Assembly: GCA_947588935.1 (NCBI GenBank)
Contig: CANQAU010000001.1
Location: 1 to 53,440, forward strand
Reading direction: 5' to 3'
Length of the DNA: 53,440 nucleotides
From: an uncultured Bacilli bacterium
Lineage (GTDB): Bacteria > Bacillota_I > Bacilli_A > RF39 > UBA660
In this document: piece after piece, positions 27,673 through 36,808 of the stretch
Position numbering within the stretch: position 1 is the first letter of the stretch
Layout: each line of letters begins with the position of its first letter
Program-made: the position numbers and the translations under genes
The notes under the pieces: generated by a model
Seen by the model: the letters and a program-made list of their open reading frames with translations, nothing else
Databases searched by the model: none
Told to the model about the DNA's origin: nothing

Positions 27673-28512
27673 ATGAAAAAGAAAAACGGATTTATTGCAG
27701 TATCAGTCATCTACTCCTTCTTTTTAGTCTTTCTAATGATTATGCTATCGGTAACCGTAAACAATGCACAAAATCGAACATTATTATCGGCCATCAAAGA
27801 AGACATTAAATTAAGTTTGAATCAAGATGAAGAATTTATTGTCAACACATTGCCAAATCGTGATAAAACGGATTTATACCAAATAGGAGATGAAGTGAAT
27901 TTTGTAGGAGAATCATGGTTAGTAGTAAATAATAAAGCAGACTCCGTCGTTTTGGTTTTAAAAAGAGCTTTAAATCAAAGGGAAGTGTTAGAATCCTTAA
28001 ACGTAGAAGCCTCTGATGCATACTATTTTAATAATGAATGTACAGAAGCAAGATGTAAAACCAGAATGTGTGCAACATCCTACAGTAGCAATTTCTGCTT
28101 TTATGAATCCGCAGCAAATTATTATTACTATGAATGGGATGAAAGCATTGCCAAAAAAGTCGTAGACAATTGGTTTATTAATAACGATAATTTGCAAAAA
28201 GCTTGTCGCTTACAATATGACATTGCTGCCGATAAGCGAATTTGTACGAAAAATACATTAATAAATATGACCTTTACAGATGGCTTGCAAGAATACGAAG
28301 GATACATTCGCATCCCTACAAGTGAAGAAGCAAATCAAGGGATGACGACTTGGGTTGGAAATAATGGTGGATATTATGCACCGGAAGCGTGGACACTTAC
28401 AAACGCCAATCAAACATTAGGTCAAAGTTATGGATATGATATCAGTGGAAACATACAAGAACACACCCAAACGATGACAATCCGACCTGTCATTGAAGTA
28501 AGAAAAAACTAG
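27673..28512 (+). CDS. Cys-rich exported or anchored protein with a prepilin-like N-terminus
   Basis: GGAGGGAG SD. The N-terminus MKKKNG|FIAVSVIYSFFLVFLMIMLSV resembles class-III (pseudopilin, ComGG-like) signals that lack Glu+5. It has six Cys in the central region, and the C-terminal pattern RIPTSEEA...EAWTLTNAN...IRPVIEV resembles DUF6273-type surface domains (recalled similarity). Confidence 0.4.
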   Translation: MKKKNGFIAVSVIYSFFLVFLMIMLSVTVNNAQNRTLLSAIKEDIKLSLNQDEEFIVNTLPNRDKTDLYQIGDEVNFVGESWLVVNNKADSVVLVLKRALNQREVLESLNVEASDAYYFNNECTEARCKTRMCATSYSSNFCFYESAANYYYYEWDESIAKKVVDNWFINNDNLQKACRLQYDIAADKRICTKNTLINMTFTDGLQEYEGYIRIPTSEEANQGMTTWVGNNGGYYAPEAWTLTNANQTLGQSYGYDISGNIQEHTQTMTIRPVIEVRKN

Positions 28513-28554
28513 AAGTATAAAAAAGAGTATGATAATATAATAATGTAAGGAGGA

Positions 28555-29115
28555 ATGAATATGTGGTGGGCAATCGGAATTATTGTCACAATTATAGTAT
28601 TACTAATTTTATACGTTATAAAAACATACAATACATTTGTAGTTTTAAGAAATCGGGTAAAAGATCAATGGGCACAAATTGATGTACAATTAAAACGAAG
28701 ATTTGATTTAATTCCTAATTTAGTGAATACTGTAAAAGGATATACCAAACACGAAAAAGAAACATTAGAAAGTGTCATTCAAGCAAGAAATACATTCTTA
28801 AGCGCTTCAACAAAAGAAGAAGAAATGAAAGCAAACGGTGAACTGACAAACGCCATTTCAAAACTCTTCGCATTAGCTGAAAGTTATCCAGATTTAAAAG
28901 CAAATACCAACTTTTTGGAATTACAAAAAGAGTTACAAGAAACAGAAAATAAAGTTGCGTCTGCTAGACAATTTTATAATGACACAGTTTTAAAATACAA
29001 TAATAAAATTGAAATGTTTCCAAGTAATGTAATTGCAGGAATGTTTCATTTCAAAATGGAAGCTTTCTTTGAAGCAAATGAAACAGAAAGAGAAAATATT
29101 AAAGTTGAATTTTAA
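28555..29115 (+). CDS. lemA: LemA family membrane protein
   Basis: N-terminal TM plus YNTFVVLRNRVKDQWAQIDVQLKRRFDLIPNLV and YPDLKAN, which are the LemA signature. Confidence 0.9.
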   Translation: MNMWWAIGIIVTIIVLLILYVIKTYNTFVVLRNRVKDQWAQIDVQLKRRFDLIPNLVNTVKGYTKHEKETLESVIQARNTFLSASTKEEEMKANGELTNAISKLFALAESYPDLKANTNFLELQKELQETENKVASARQFYNDTVLKYNNKIEMFPSNVIAGMFHFKMEAFFEANETERENIKVEF

Positions 29116-29142
29116 GCTTACAAGTGTAAGCTTATATTTTTT
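29114..29142 (+). terminator. Hairpin plus T-run between lemA and the DUF2207 gene (possible partial terminator)
   Basis: AAGCTTAC-aagt-GTAAGCTT, followed by ATATTTTTT. Confidence 0.4.
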
Positions 29143-29154
29143 AAGAGGGTCATA

Positions 29155-31050
29155 ATGAAAAAGTTAATAATTTTATGGGCAATGCTCTTGTTTCCGTGTT
29201 TCGTTCATGCTGCCAATGTAAATTATGATATTACAAATTTTTTGGTAGATGCCACTGTCTTAGAAGATGGTAGCATGCATGTAGAAGAACTCATTGTTTT
29301 AAAAGGAAATTTTAATGGATATATTCGAGAACTGGCATATAAAAACTCAAAATTAAAAACATACACGGAAGGAAATATTGATTTTGCCAATAGTTCTATC
29401 TATAATGCAAGTGGAATACAAAACGTCAAACTATATACCAAAAAAATCGTAGCAGAAGAAATCTCATTTGATACAATGGACGAAATTTTCACACCACTCG
29501 TTCCAATCACCATCGATCGAGATGCCAAGAACGGAAATTACTATTATGAAAGAGAAAATGATATTTTAAGTTATAAAATGTATCAAAGTGCAAATAATGA
29601 AACTGTAGCATTTCTCATAACCTATCAAATTGATGATGTCGTAGTCATGCATGAAGATGTAGCAGAACTTTATTGGACGTTCATTGGAAATGGCTTTACA
29701 GATGAAATTTTAAATTTACAAATTCAAGTTCATCTTCCAGAAAAAGATTATCAAAATTTCTATTTTTGGGCGCATGGAGATATTACTGGTGAAATTGAGC
29801 GAACAAAGAATAACACCGTATTAGCTACAATGAAAAAAGTAGATAAAAATTCTGTCATTGATTTGCGCATGATCTTTGATCTGGACACTATAAAAAGCGA
29901 TCAAACATTGCGTCATTCGAAACAACAAGCCTTTGAAGAAATTTGGAAAATAGAAGAAGAACGTGCTGAAAAAGCAAACAAACAACGTGAAACGATTCGT
30001 TTTATGTTAGATTTTACCAAAAAACTAACATTGCTCTATTTTCTTGTATTAATTATTCTCTGGATTTACATTTACATCAAATTTGATAAAGAATACAAAA
30101 GTGATTTCGATGCCAAATATTATCGAGAATTTACCGGAGACTACAATGTAGAAGTCATCGACTACTTAATGAATAAAAATATTACGCCAAATGCCATGAG
30201 TGCATCCATTATGAATTTAATTTACAAAAAAAATATCAAAGTGGAAAAAAAAGAGGACATCGGCAAGAAACAACAATATGAATTTGAATTATTAAATAAT
30301 AATCAAGTTACCGATACCGAACAAGTATTGCTAGATTTTCTTTTCGAAGAAGTAGGAAAAGAAAAGAAATTTACAAATATAGACTTAGAAAAGTATGCAA
30401 AATCTACGAAAACATGTGAAAAGTTTACACGTCGTTATACAGATTGGAAAAATTGTGTTACCAAAGATGCAGAAAGAGAACGTTTTTACGAAACCAACGG
30501 AATACCAATTGTAAGTAGCATTTTAATGCTGTTATTTGCCATTTTAATTTTTATGGTAACCATGTATTATCACGTTGAATACGTTGTATCTTATTTTGTT
30601 TTCCCAGTTGCTATCATCTTTTTGTTTTACACCATTTTCATTCGCAAGCGTACCCGAAAAGGAAATGAACACTATTTAAGATGGAAAGCCTTTAAAAATT
30701 TCTTAAATGATTTTGGAAATTTCCAAGTAAAAGAACTCCCAGAAATTACTTTATGGGAAAAATATTTAGTATATGCAACGGTGTTTGGTCTTGCTGATAA
30801 AGTCGAGAAAAGCATGAATGTAAAAATCAAAGAATATACAGAAATATATCCAGGATATACCAATTTAGATTTCGGCTGGAATTGGTATCTATATCACACG
30901 ATTAATGAATCAATCCATACGGCATATTCAAGTAGTATACAAGCTACCCAAGCCAACGCTGCCTCCAAAAATAGTTCGAACGGTTTTGGTGGAGGATTTA
31001 GTAGCGGAGCAGGCTTCGGTGGTGGCGGAGGCGGAGGGCACGGATTTTAA
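29155..31050 (+). CDS. DUF2207-family membrane protein with a Gly-rich C-terminal tail
   Basis: It has a signal peptide, a large extracytoplasmic domain, several TM segments and the tail GFGGGFSSGAGFGGGGGGGHGF. Pairing with lemA is canonical for this family. Confidence 0.75.
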   Translation: MKKLIILWAMLLFPCFVHAANVNYDITNFLVDATVLEDGSMHVEELIVLKGNFNGYIRELAYKNSKLKTYTEGNIDFANSSIYNASGIQNVKLYTKKIVAEEISFDTMDEIFTPLVPITIDRDAKNGNYYYERENDILSYKMYQSANNETVAFLITYQIDDVVVMHEDVAELYWTFIGNGFTDEILNLQIQVHLPEKDYQNFYFWAHGDITGEIERTKNNTVLATMKKVDKNSVIDLRMIFDLDTIKSDQTLRHSKQQAFEEIWKIEEERAEKANKQRETIRFMLDFTKKLTLLYFLVLIILWIYIYIKFDKEYKSDFDAKYYREFTGDYNVEVIDYLMNKNITPNAMSASIMNLIYKKNIKVEKKEDIGKKQQYEFELLNNNQVTDTEQVLLDFLFEEVGKEKKFTNIDLEKYAKSTKTCEKFTRRYTDWKNCVTKDAERERFYETNGIPIVSSILMLLFAILIFMVTMYYHVEYVVSYFVFPVAIIFLFYTIFIRKRTRKGNEHYLRWKAFKNFLNDFGNFQVKELPEITLWEKYLVYATVFGLADKVEKSMNVKIKEYTEIYPGYTNLDFGWNWYLYHTINESIHTAYSSSIQATQANAASKNSSNGFGGGFSSGAGFGGGGGGGHGF

Positions 31051-31118
31051 AAACGTCTGTGCTTTTTCTTGTGTTTCCAAACATTATTCGTTAAAATAGC
31101 ATTAGAAAGAAGGATTGT

Positions 31119-31532
31119 ATGATAAAAGAATTTAAAGAATTCATCAAACGGGGAAATGTACTCGATCTTGCCGTTGGTGTCATCATGGGTGGTGCTTTTT
31201 CAAGTATTGTCACATCACTTGTAAATAATATTTTGACGCCAATATTAGGAATAATATTAGGTGGAATCGATTTCAGTGGTCTTACATTGCAAATCAAAGA
31301 TGCAACCATTCAATACGGATTGTTTATTCAAAGTATTATTGATTTCTTAATTATTGCTTTTTGTATTTTCTTAATGATTAAAATGATAAATAGAATATTA
31401 AGTCCAAAAAAGAAGCCGGAACCAGAAATAAAAGTGGTCCCAGTTCCCCGAAATGAAATGTTATTAGAAGAAATTCGTGACTTATTAAAAGAACAAACCA
31501 AATCTCCAAAAAAGAAAAAGAAAAGTGAATAA
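31119..31532 (+). CDS. mscL: Large-conductance mechanosensitive channel
   Basis: FKEFIKRGNVLDLAVGVIMGGAF...LVNNILTPILG is the MscL signature. Confidence 0.9.
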   Translation: MIKEFKEFIKRGNVLDLAVGVIMGGAFSSIVTSLVNNILTPILGIILGGIDFSGLTLQIKDATIQYGLFIQSIIDFLIIAFCIFLMIKMINRILSPKKKPEPEIKVVPVPRNEMLLEEIRDLLKEQTKSPKKKKKSE

Positions 31533-31560
31533 GAAAAGATCTAAGATATGATATGAAAAA

Positions 31561-31598
31561 AGCTTATTTTAATATAAAAAAACAAAAATAAGCTTTTT
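31561..31598 (+). terminator. Intrinsic terminator after mscL
   Basis: AGCTTATTTT...AAAATAAGCT stem followed by a T-run. A second hairpin plus T-run lies at 31645-31684. Confidence 0.6.
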
Positions 31599-31725
31599 AA
31601 TTGAACAAAAAAATAAATTGGTGAGAACAAAAAAATTTTTTAACAGGATATCGTCAATAGAAACGCAATATCCTCTGCTTTTTTATTTAAATAAGATATG
31701 ATAAAATGTACTCAGGAGTGAAATT

Positions 31726-32358
31726 ATGACGTGCATGCTAGGAAACGACAAAATAGATATTGAGATTATCAGAAAACCAAATAAAAACTTGTACATGCGT
31801 TTTTTAAATTCTCAAACACTGCTCGTAACATGCAATCGATTTGTGCACGAAAAAGAAATTTTCCAGATTATTGCCAAAAATGAAAAATCACTTATCAAAA
31901 TGTTAGAACAAAAGAAAAAGGAAGAAATTCAAAATCAGTTCTTTTCCTATTTAGGAAAAACCTACACAGTCATTTATGATACCAAAACCATTCATCCTTA
32001 TTTTCAAGCAGATTGTATTTTTTCCAAAGATGAAAAGACATTAAAAAAATATTTTCAAGAAGAATGCCAAAGAGTATTTCAAAGTGAAATAATGAGAATT
32101 TTACCTTATTTTTCAAATATTCCAAAATTTACATTAAAAATTCGGAACATGAAAACACGATGGGGTGTGAATAATCGAGGAAATAACACCATTACCTTAA
32201 ATAGTGAATTATTAAAAAAAGATTTAGATTTAATCGATTATGTCATCATTCATGAATTGTGCCATTATTACGAGGCGAATCATAGTAGTGCCTTTTGGTA
32301 TCACGTAGAAAAATATTATCCAAAATATAAAGAAGCAAGAAAAAGATTGAGGGAATAA
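31726..32358 (+). CDS. YgjP-like (DUF45/M48-type) metal-dependent hydrolase
   Basis: The C-terminal motif VIIHELCHYYEANHSSAFW is characteristic of DUF45. Confidence 0.7.
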   Translation: MTCMLGNDKIDIEIIRKPNKNLYMRFLNSQTLLVTCNRFVHEKEIFQIIAKNEKSLIKMLEQKKKEEIQNQFFSYLGKTYTVIYDTKTIHPYFQADCIFSKDEKTLKKYFQEECQRVFQSEIMRILPYFSNIPKFTLKIRNMKTRWGVNNRGNNTITLNSELLKKDLDLIDYVIIHELCHYYEANHSSAFWYHVEKYYPKYKEARKRLRE

Positions 32359-32360
32359 AA

Positions 32361-33086
32361 ATGAAAATAGAATCCATAGAAAACACGAAAGTCAAAGCCT
32401 GGATGAAGCTAAAAGAAAAAAAATATCGAGATGAAACAGGTTTGTTTTTAATCGAAGGAGACCATTTGTTACGAGAAGCAGAGAAAAAAGGATTAGTCAA
32501 AGAAAAAATATCCCTAAAAGAAACTACCGAAGAAAATAGCTTTTGGGTAAGTATCGCAGTAATGAAAAAACTTTCTTCCCAAGTAACACCACCAGAAATA
32601 ATGGCAGTTTGTTATAAAAAAAAGGAAGAAGAATACCAAAACAATATCATCATTTTAGATCGAATCCAAGATCCAGGAAATTTAGGGACTATTATCCGAA
32701 GTGCCGTAGCTTTTTCTTATGATACCATAATCCTCAGTGAAGATAGTGTCGATTTATATAACGAAAAAGTGATTCGTTCAACCGAAGGAATGATCTTTCA
32801 TTGTAATGTACTAAGAAAAGATTTAAATCTCATTTTACCCACTTTAAAAAAGCAGGGATTTACCATCTATGGAACCAATGTACAAACGGGAGTAGAGATT
32901 CGCAAAGAAAAATTTCCTAGAAAAAAAGTAGTTATTATTGGAAGTGAAGGGCAAGGAATGAATTTGTCCTTAACGAAATTTTTAGATAAGACGCTCTATA
33001 TTCCCATGAGTTGTGAATGTGAATCGTTAAATGCTGGAATCAGTGCTAGCATTATAATGTATGAAAGTGGTAAAAATCATGAATGA
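32361..33086 (+). CDS. TrmH/SpoU-family RNA 2'-O-methyltransferase
   Basis: SpoU motifs DRIQDPGNLGTIIRSA, IGSEGQGM and SLNAGISASI. Confidence 0.8.
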   Translation: MKIESIENTKVKAWMKLKEKKYRDETGLFLIEGDHLLREAEKKGLVKEKISLKETTEENSFWVSIAVMKKLSSQVTPPEIMAVCYKKKEEEYQNNIIILDRIQDPGNLGTIIRSAVAFSYDTIILSEDSVDLYNEKVIRSTEGMIFHCNVLRKDLNLILPTLKKQGFTIYGTNVQTGVEIRKEKFPRKKVVIIGSEGQGMNLSLTKFLDKTLYIPMSCECESLNAGISASIIMYESGKNHE

Positions 33087-33570
33087 ATGGATCTATTTAG
33101 GAAAAATTGTAAGTACACATGGGATTAAAGGAGAAATCCGTATTTTATCTAATTTTGAAAGGAAAAAAGAAGTCTTAGTTCCATCTTTTTTAATATACAT
33201 AGACCATCAACCATATGAAATCACAAGTTATCGGCATCATAAAAATTATGAAATGATATGTTTAAAAGAATATGAAACCATAAATGATGTGCTACCCTTT
33301 ATCAAGAAAGATGTATATATTCATCGTGATGACCTCAAAAAAAGCGATGAAGACTATGTATTGCAAGACTTAATCGGATGTAACGTGATTGAAAACAAAA
33401 AGAGCATTGGACAAGTTCAAGAAATTGTGTATAATAAAGCGTATTATTTATTGCAAGTGAAAGAAAAAAATCATACATTTTATATTCCCAACTTGCCTGA
33501 ATACATAAAAAAAGTAGATATACAAAAAAAAGAAATTTATACAGAAAATGCACAAGGATTGATGCTATGA
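33079..33570 (+). CDS. rimM: 16S rRNA processing protein RimM
   Basis: LGKIVSTHGIKGEIRI is the RimM N-terminal motif. It lies upstream of trmD. The ATG at 33079 is preferred; the ORF track starts it at 33061. Confidence 0.85.
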   Translation: MNEWIYLGKIVSTHGIKGEIRILSNFERKKEVLVPSFLIYIDHQPYEITSYRHHKNYEMICLKEYETINDVLPFIKKDVYIHRDDLKKSDEDYVLQDLIGCNVIENKKSIGQVQEIVYNKAYYLLQVKEKNHTFYIPNLPEYIKKVDIQKKEIYTENAQGLML

Positions 33571-34247
33571 AAATAGACATTTTAACATTATTTCCATCGA
33601 TGTTTGACGGATTTATAAATAGTTCCATTATACAAAGAGCTATTAAAAAAAATGCAGTCACCATAAATCCGATTAATTTTCGTGACTATTCTCACTTAAA
33701 AAATCAACAAGTGGATGATACGCCTTATGGGGGAGGAGGAGGAATGGTTCTGCGTTGTGAACCATTAGTAGAAGCTATTGAAAGTGTGAAAACAAAAGAT
33801 TCCAAAGTAATTCTTATGTGTCCCCAAGGAGTTCCTTTCACCCAACAAAAAGCCCAGTCCCTAAAAAAAGAAAAACATCTCATTTTGGTTTGTGGTCATT
33901 ATGAAGGTTTTGATGAACGCATTCGTGATTTTGTCGATGAAGAAATATCCATTGGTGATTACATATTAACCGGTGGAGAACTACCAGCAATGGTAGTAAC
34001 CGATAGTGTTGTCAGACTGCTCGATGGTGTCATAAAAGAAAATTCATATCAAAACGAATCATTTCAAAATAACCTATTAGATTATCCAACTTATACGAAA
34101 CCACAAGATTTTCGCGGAAAAAAAGTTCCAGAAATTCTCCTAAGTGGAGATCATGAAAAAATTGCCAAATGGCGAAAAGAAATGCAAGAAAAGAAAACGA
34201 TGGAACGTCGAAGTGATCTAACGAAAGGAGAAAAATATGAAAAATAA
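33567..34247 (+). CDS. trmD: tRNA (guanine37-N1)-methyltransferase
   Basis: MKIDILTLFPSMF, DDTPYGGGGGMV, CGHYEGFDER and GDYILTGGELPA. Confidence 0.92.
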   Translation: MKIDILTLFPSMFDGFINSSIIQRAIKKNAVTINPINFRDYSHLKNQQVDDTPYGGGGGMVLRCEPLVEAIESVKTKDSKVILMCPQGVPFTQQKAQSLKKEKHLILVCGHYEGFDERIRDFVDEEISIGDYILTGGELPAMVVTDSVVRLLDGVIKENSYQNESFQNNLLDYPTYTKPQDFRGKKVPEILLSGDHEKIAKWRKEMQEKKTMERRSDLTKGEKYEK

Positions 34248-34704
34248 AGTATTAAAAAAAGAACCAAAGAAGAAGAAAATAGAAAATATCTCCTTGCCAA
34301 TTGAAGGATTACACATGAAGCCAAAGCTTCAAAATCACCAAAATTTAGTCACCGTACATGAAATCATCCTAGTAAGTGATGAACTAAAAAAAAATATGAT
34401 AGGAAAACAATGCGACCGTTCTTTTCGAAAATTAGTTGCATTAATATTAGATATTGAAGAAAGTGATAATGCCATGCCATCCGATTGCGCCATTGCACTA
34501 AATGAAATCAGTAAAGTAGAAAGTATGATGGCCAAAAAATTTCAAAAAGAATTAAATCAAAAAGAATATGAAAAATGGCAAAAGAAACTTTTCATTTTAA
34601 AAAAGAAATTAAAAGAAAAATTATTAGAGATGAGAAACCAAGAATTATTAAAAAAGATGTTGTTAGAACAAGAAAGAACAGAAGAAAAAGGAAAAAGCAG
34701 ATAA
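34237..34704 (+). CDS. Hypothetical Lys/Glu-rich protein
   Basis: 155-aa ORF overlapping the trmD stop. It is charged and coiled-coil-like, and I recognise no family. Confidence 0.4.
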   Translation: MKNKVLKKEPKKKKIENISLPIEGLHMKPKLQNHQNLVTVHEIILVSDELKKNMIGKQCDRSFRKLVALILDIEESDNAMPSDCAIALNEISKVESMMAKKFQKELNQKEYEKWQKKLFILKKKLKEKLLEMRNQELLKKMLLEQERTEEKGKSR

Positions 34705-34826
34705 TCAACCACATATATAGAAATGAGGCTTGAAAAAAGTGTAGTTTCTATGCTATACTATAAAAGCTTTGAAAGAAATCAATCCGCTAAAACATTTTAT
34801 GATTGATGGATAAAGTTAGAAAGGAA

Positions 34827-35177
34827 ATGATTAAATTGACAAATCTCGTAGACAAAATAAATCAAAAGCATTTAAAAAAAGATATTCCTGAATTTCGTGT
34901 AGGGGATACCGTACGCGTAGACGTATGGGTAAAAGAAGGAAAAAAGGAACGTATTCAAGCATTTGAAGGCCTTGTTATTGCTAAAAAGGGCGGAAGTGTT
35001 TCTGAAACTTTTACTGTACGTAAAAAAAGCGGTGGAGTTGGGGTCATTCGTGTGTTCCCAGTTAATGCACCTACAATTGACAAAATTACGGTCGTAAAAA
35101 AAGGATTAGTACGCCGTGCCAAATTAAATTTCATCAAAGACATGAGAAAAGAATACAAAGTCAAAGAAAGAAATTAG
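34827..35177 (+). CDS. rplS: 50S ribosomal protein L19
   Basis: LKKDIPEFRVGDTVRVDVWVKEGKKERIQAFEGLVIAKKG is the L19 signature. The start is ambiguous (ATG at 34827, versus TTG/ATG at 34803/34806). A candidate promoter (TTGAAA-18-TATACT) lies upstream. Confidence 0.88.
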   Translation: MIKLTNLVDKINQKHLKKDIPEFRVGDTVRVDVWVKEGKKERIQAFEGLVIAKKGGSVSETFTVRKKSGGVGVIRVFPVNAPTIDKITVVKKGLVRRAKLNFIKDMRKEYKVKERN

Positions 35178-35197
35178 GATGTTGCCTAATTTTTTTT
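35173..35197 (+). terminator. Intrinsic terminator after rplS
   Basis: ATTAGG-atgttg-CCTAAT followed by T7. Confidence 0.7.
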
Positions 35198-35255
35198 ATA
35201 CGTTTTTGTCAAAAGAAAAAAAATAAGTTATAATGTTACAGAAAAGAGAATAATT

Positions 35256-35738
35256 ATGAAAATTGTAAAAGAAATTTACCCATATGTCATTATTTTAATA
35301 GTAGTATTACTCGTTCGAACATTTATCGTCACGCCAATCAAAGTAAATGGATCAAGCATGTATAATACCCTCGAAGGAAATGAAATTATGCTACTTTGGA
35401 AATTGGGAAAAATAGAAAGATTTGACATTGTTGTTGCCAAAACGCCAGATGAAACATTAATCAAAAGAATTTATGCTTTTCCAGGAGAAACCATCGAATG
35501 TAAAGATGGAGATATTTTCATTAATAACGAAAAAATTGATGACAAATATGCATTTGGAAAAACCGATGATTTTGCCAAAGTTACATTAAAGGAAGATGAA
35601 TATTTTATCATGGGTGATAATCGTCTTGTATCACTAGATAGTAGAAAAATTGGACCCGTAAAACGAGAAACGATAGAAGGTTCAGCAAATTTTATTTTAT
35701 TTCCCTTTTCCAAATTTGGAACCGTTAAGAAATCCTGA
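35256..35738 (+). CDS. lepB: Signal peptidase I
   Basis: N-terminal TM, the catalytic box VNGSSMYNTL, the KRIYAFPGE box and GDNRLVSLDSR. Confidence 0.88.
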   Translation: MKIVKEIYPYVIILIVVLLVRTFIVTPIKVNGSSMYNTLEGNEIMLLWKLGKIERFDIVVAKTPDETLIKRIYAFPGETIECKDGDIFINNEKIDDKYAFGKTDDFAKVTLKEDEYFIMGDNRLVSLDSRKIGPVKRETIEGSANFILFPFSKFGTVKKS

Positions 35739-35767
35739 ACAAAAAAATAGATAGAAGGCAAATAGAT

Positions 35768-36133
35768 ATGAAATATAAAATGAAATTAAAATCAGAACCA
35801 TTTATAAAGATAGCAAATGGTAACAAAACAATCGAATTACGACTTAACGATGAAAAAAGACAACTACTAAAAATTGGCGATACCATTGAATTTACGAATC
35901 TTGAAAACGGCGAAACACTTTGCGTTCAAATAAAAGAATTAATCAAATATCCAAGTTTCGAAGAATTATATAAACATGTGGATAAATTATCGATAGGATA
36001 CCAAAAAGACGAACCGGCAAATCCAAACGATATGGACAAATACTACTCCAAAGAAGAACAACAAAGATATGGAGTTGTCGGAATCAAAATAAAAAGAATA
36101 GAAGACAAAACCATACTAAAAGGTAATAAATGA
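35768..36133 (+). CDS. ASCH-domain protein
   Basis: MKLKSEPFIKIANGNKTIELRLNDEKR...GDTIEF fits the ASCH beta-barrel pattern, and the size is ~120 aa. Confidence 0.55.
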   Translation: MKYKMKLKSEPFIKIANGNKTIELRLNDEKRQLLKIGDTIEFTNLENGETLCVQIKELIKYPSFEELYKHVDKLSIGYQKDEPANPNDMDKYYSKEEQQRYGVVGIKIKRIEDKTILKGNK

Positions 36134-36143
36134 TTTACATAAA

Positions 36144-36587
36144 ATGACTAAAAAAGAATTCATCGTATTAGCAAAAATAGTATTTCCAATAGAGAAGATT
36201 GGGTTATTGAAGTAAACAGGCCAATAAAAACTGGTAAAAGAAATTCAAAATCTGATAATCTAAAACGCAATTGGTTAAGAAATCGGATAATTTTAGAGTT
36301 TTTAGATACTTGAAAATCAATTTATAATCCAAATTTTAATTCCGTCGAATTCGACGGGTTAGAAAAAATGCTGGTCTTCATACTTTTACACTTAGTGTGA
36401 CTGAGTGGTGTGAAAAAACGAATGCTATTGGTATTTATTCTAAACGTGGAAAATATGGTGGAACTTACGGCACAAAGATATTGCTTTTGAATTTGCATCG
36501 GCTATCAGTCCAGTATTTAAATTATATTTAATAAAAGAATTTAAAAGATTAAAAGAAAGTAAAAATTGTGGTGATAAAAATGAATGA
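36144..36587 (+). pseudogene. Decayed KilA-N domain gene (phage or mobile-element remnant)
   Basis: Pieced together from three frames, it reads ...NWLRNRIILEFLDT*KSIYNPNFNSVEFDGLEKNAGLHTFTLSVTEWCEKTNAIGIYSKRGKYGGTY / HKDIAFEFASAISPVFKLYLIKEFKRLKE. That is collinear with KilA-N proteins, but it has frameshifts near 36190 and 36470 and a TGA at 36311-36313 where Trp is expected. Confidence 0.7.
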
Positions 36588-36808
36588 AAATAAAACAAAC
36601 ATCAACTGGTTGATTACGATTTAATTAAGAACACTTGTAACCTCCTATGAATAAAGGAAATTATCTGATTTTGATCTTTCATCTTTTTATTAAATAATGG
36701 TCAAAATATTAAAAAATTATTAAGACTATAGTATTTTTAATATAATTTATATTAGGAATTAGAAAGGTGATTACGACATTTAATAACATATGAAAAGGAG
36801 ATGAGGCA

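Noticed and set aside
27426-27809. The minus-strand 94-aa ORF (27426-27710) and the plus-strand 88-aa ORF (27543-27809), which overlap the peptide genes.
   Set aside because: They compete with two SD- or coupling-supported GG-leader peptide genes and with the start of the 279-aa gene. They have no recognisable features of their own.
31600-31725. Two consecutive terminator-like hairpins after mscL, suggesting a small transcript between them.
   Set aside because: I found no convincing -35/-10 pair between the hairpins and no ORF with an SD. They are more likely tandem terminators plus the promoter region of the next gene.
36311-36313. A TGA at a conserved Trp position in the KilA-N remnant, which could hint at TGA=Trp (code 4) or phage stop-codon recoding.
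   Set aside because: The host clearly uses TGA as a stop (for example stp at 967-969 and yceD at 18735-18737). The same remnant also has two frameshifts, so a simple TGG-to-TGA decay mutation is the economical explanation.
36600-36808. A preQ1 riboswitch upstream of the Qng1-like gene.
   Set aside because: I could not find the short hairpin followed by the CCC...UAAAAAACUA-type tail of preQ1-I, or anything resembling class II or III. Only an Infernal scan could settle this.
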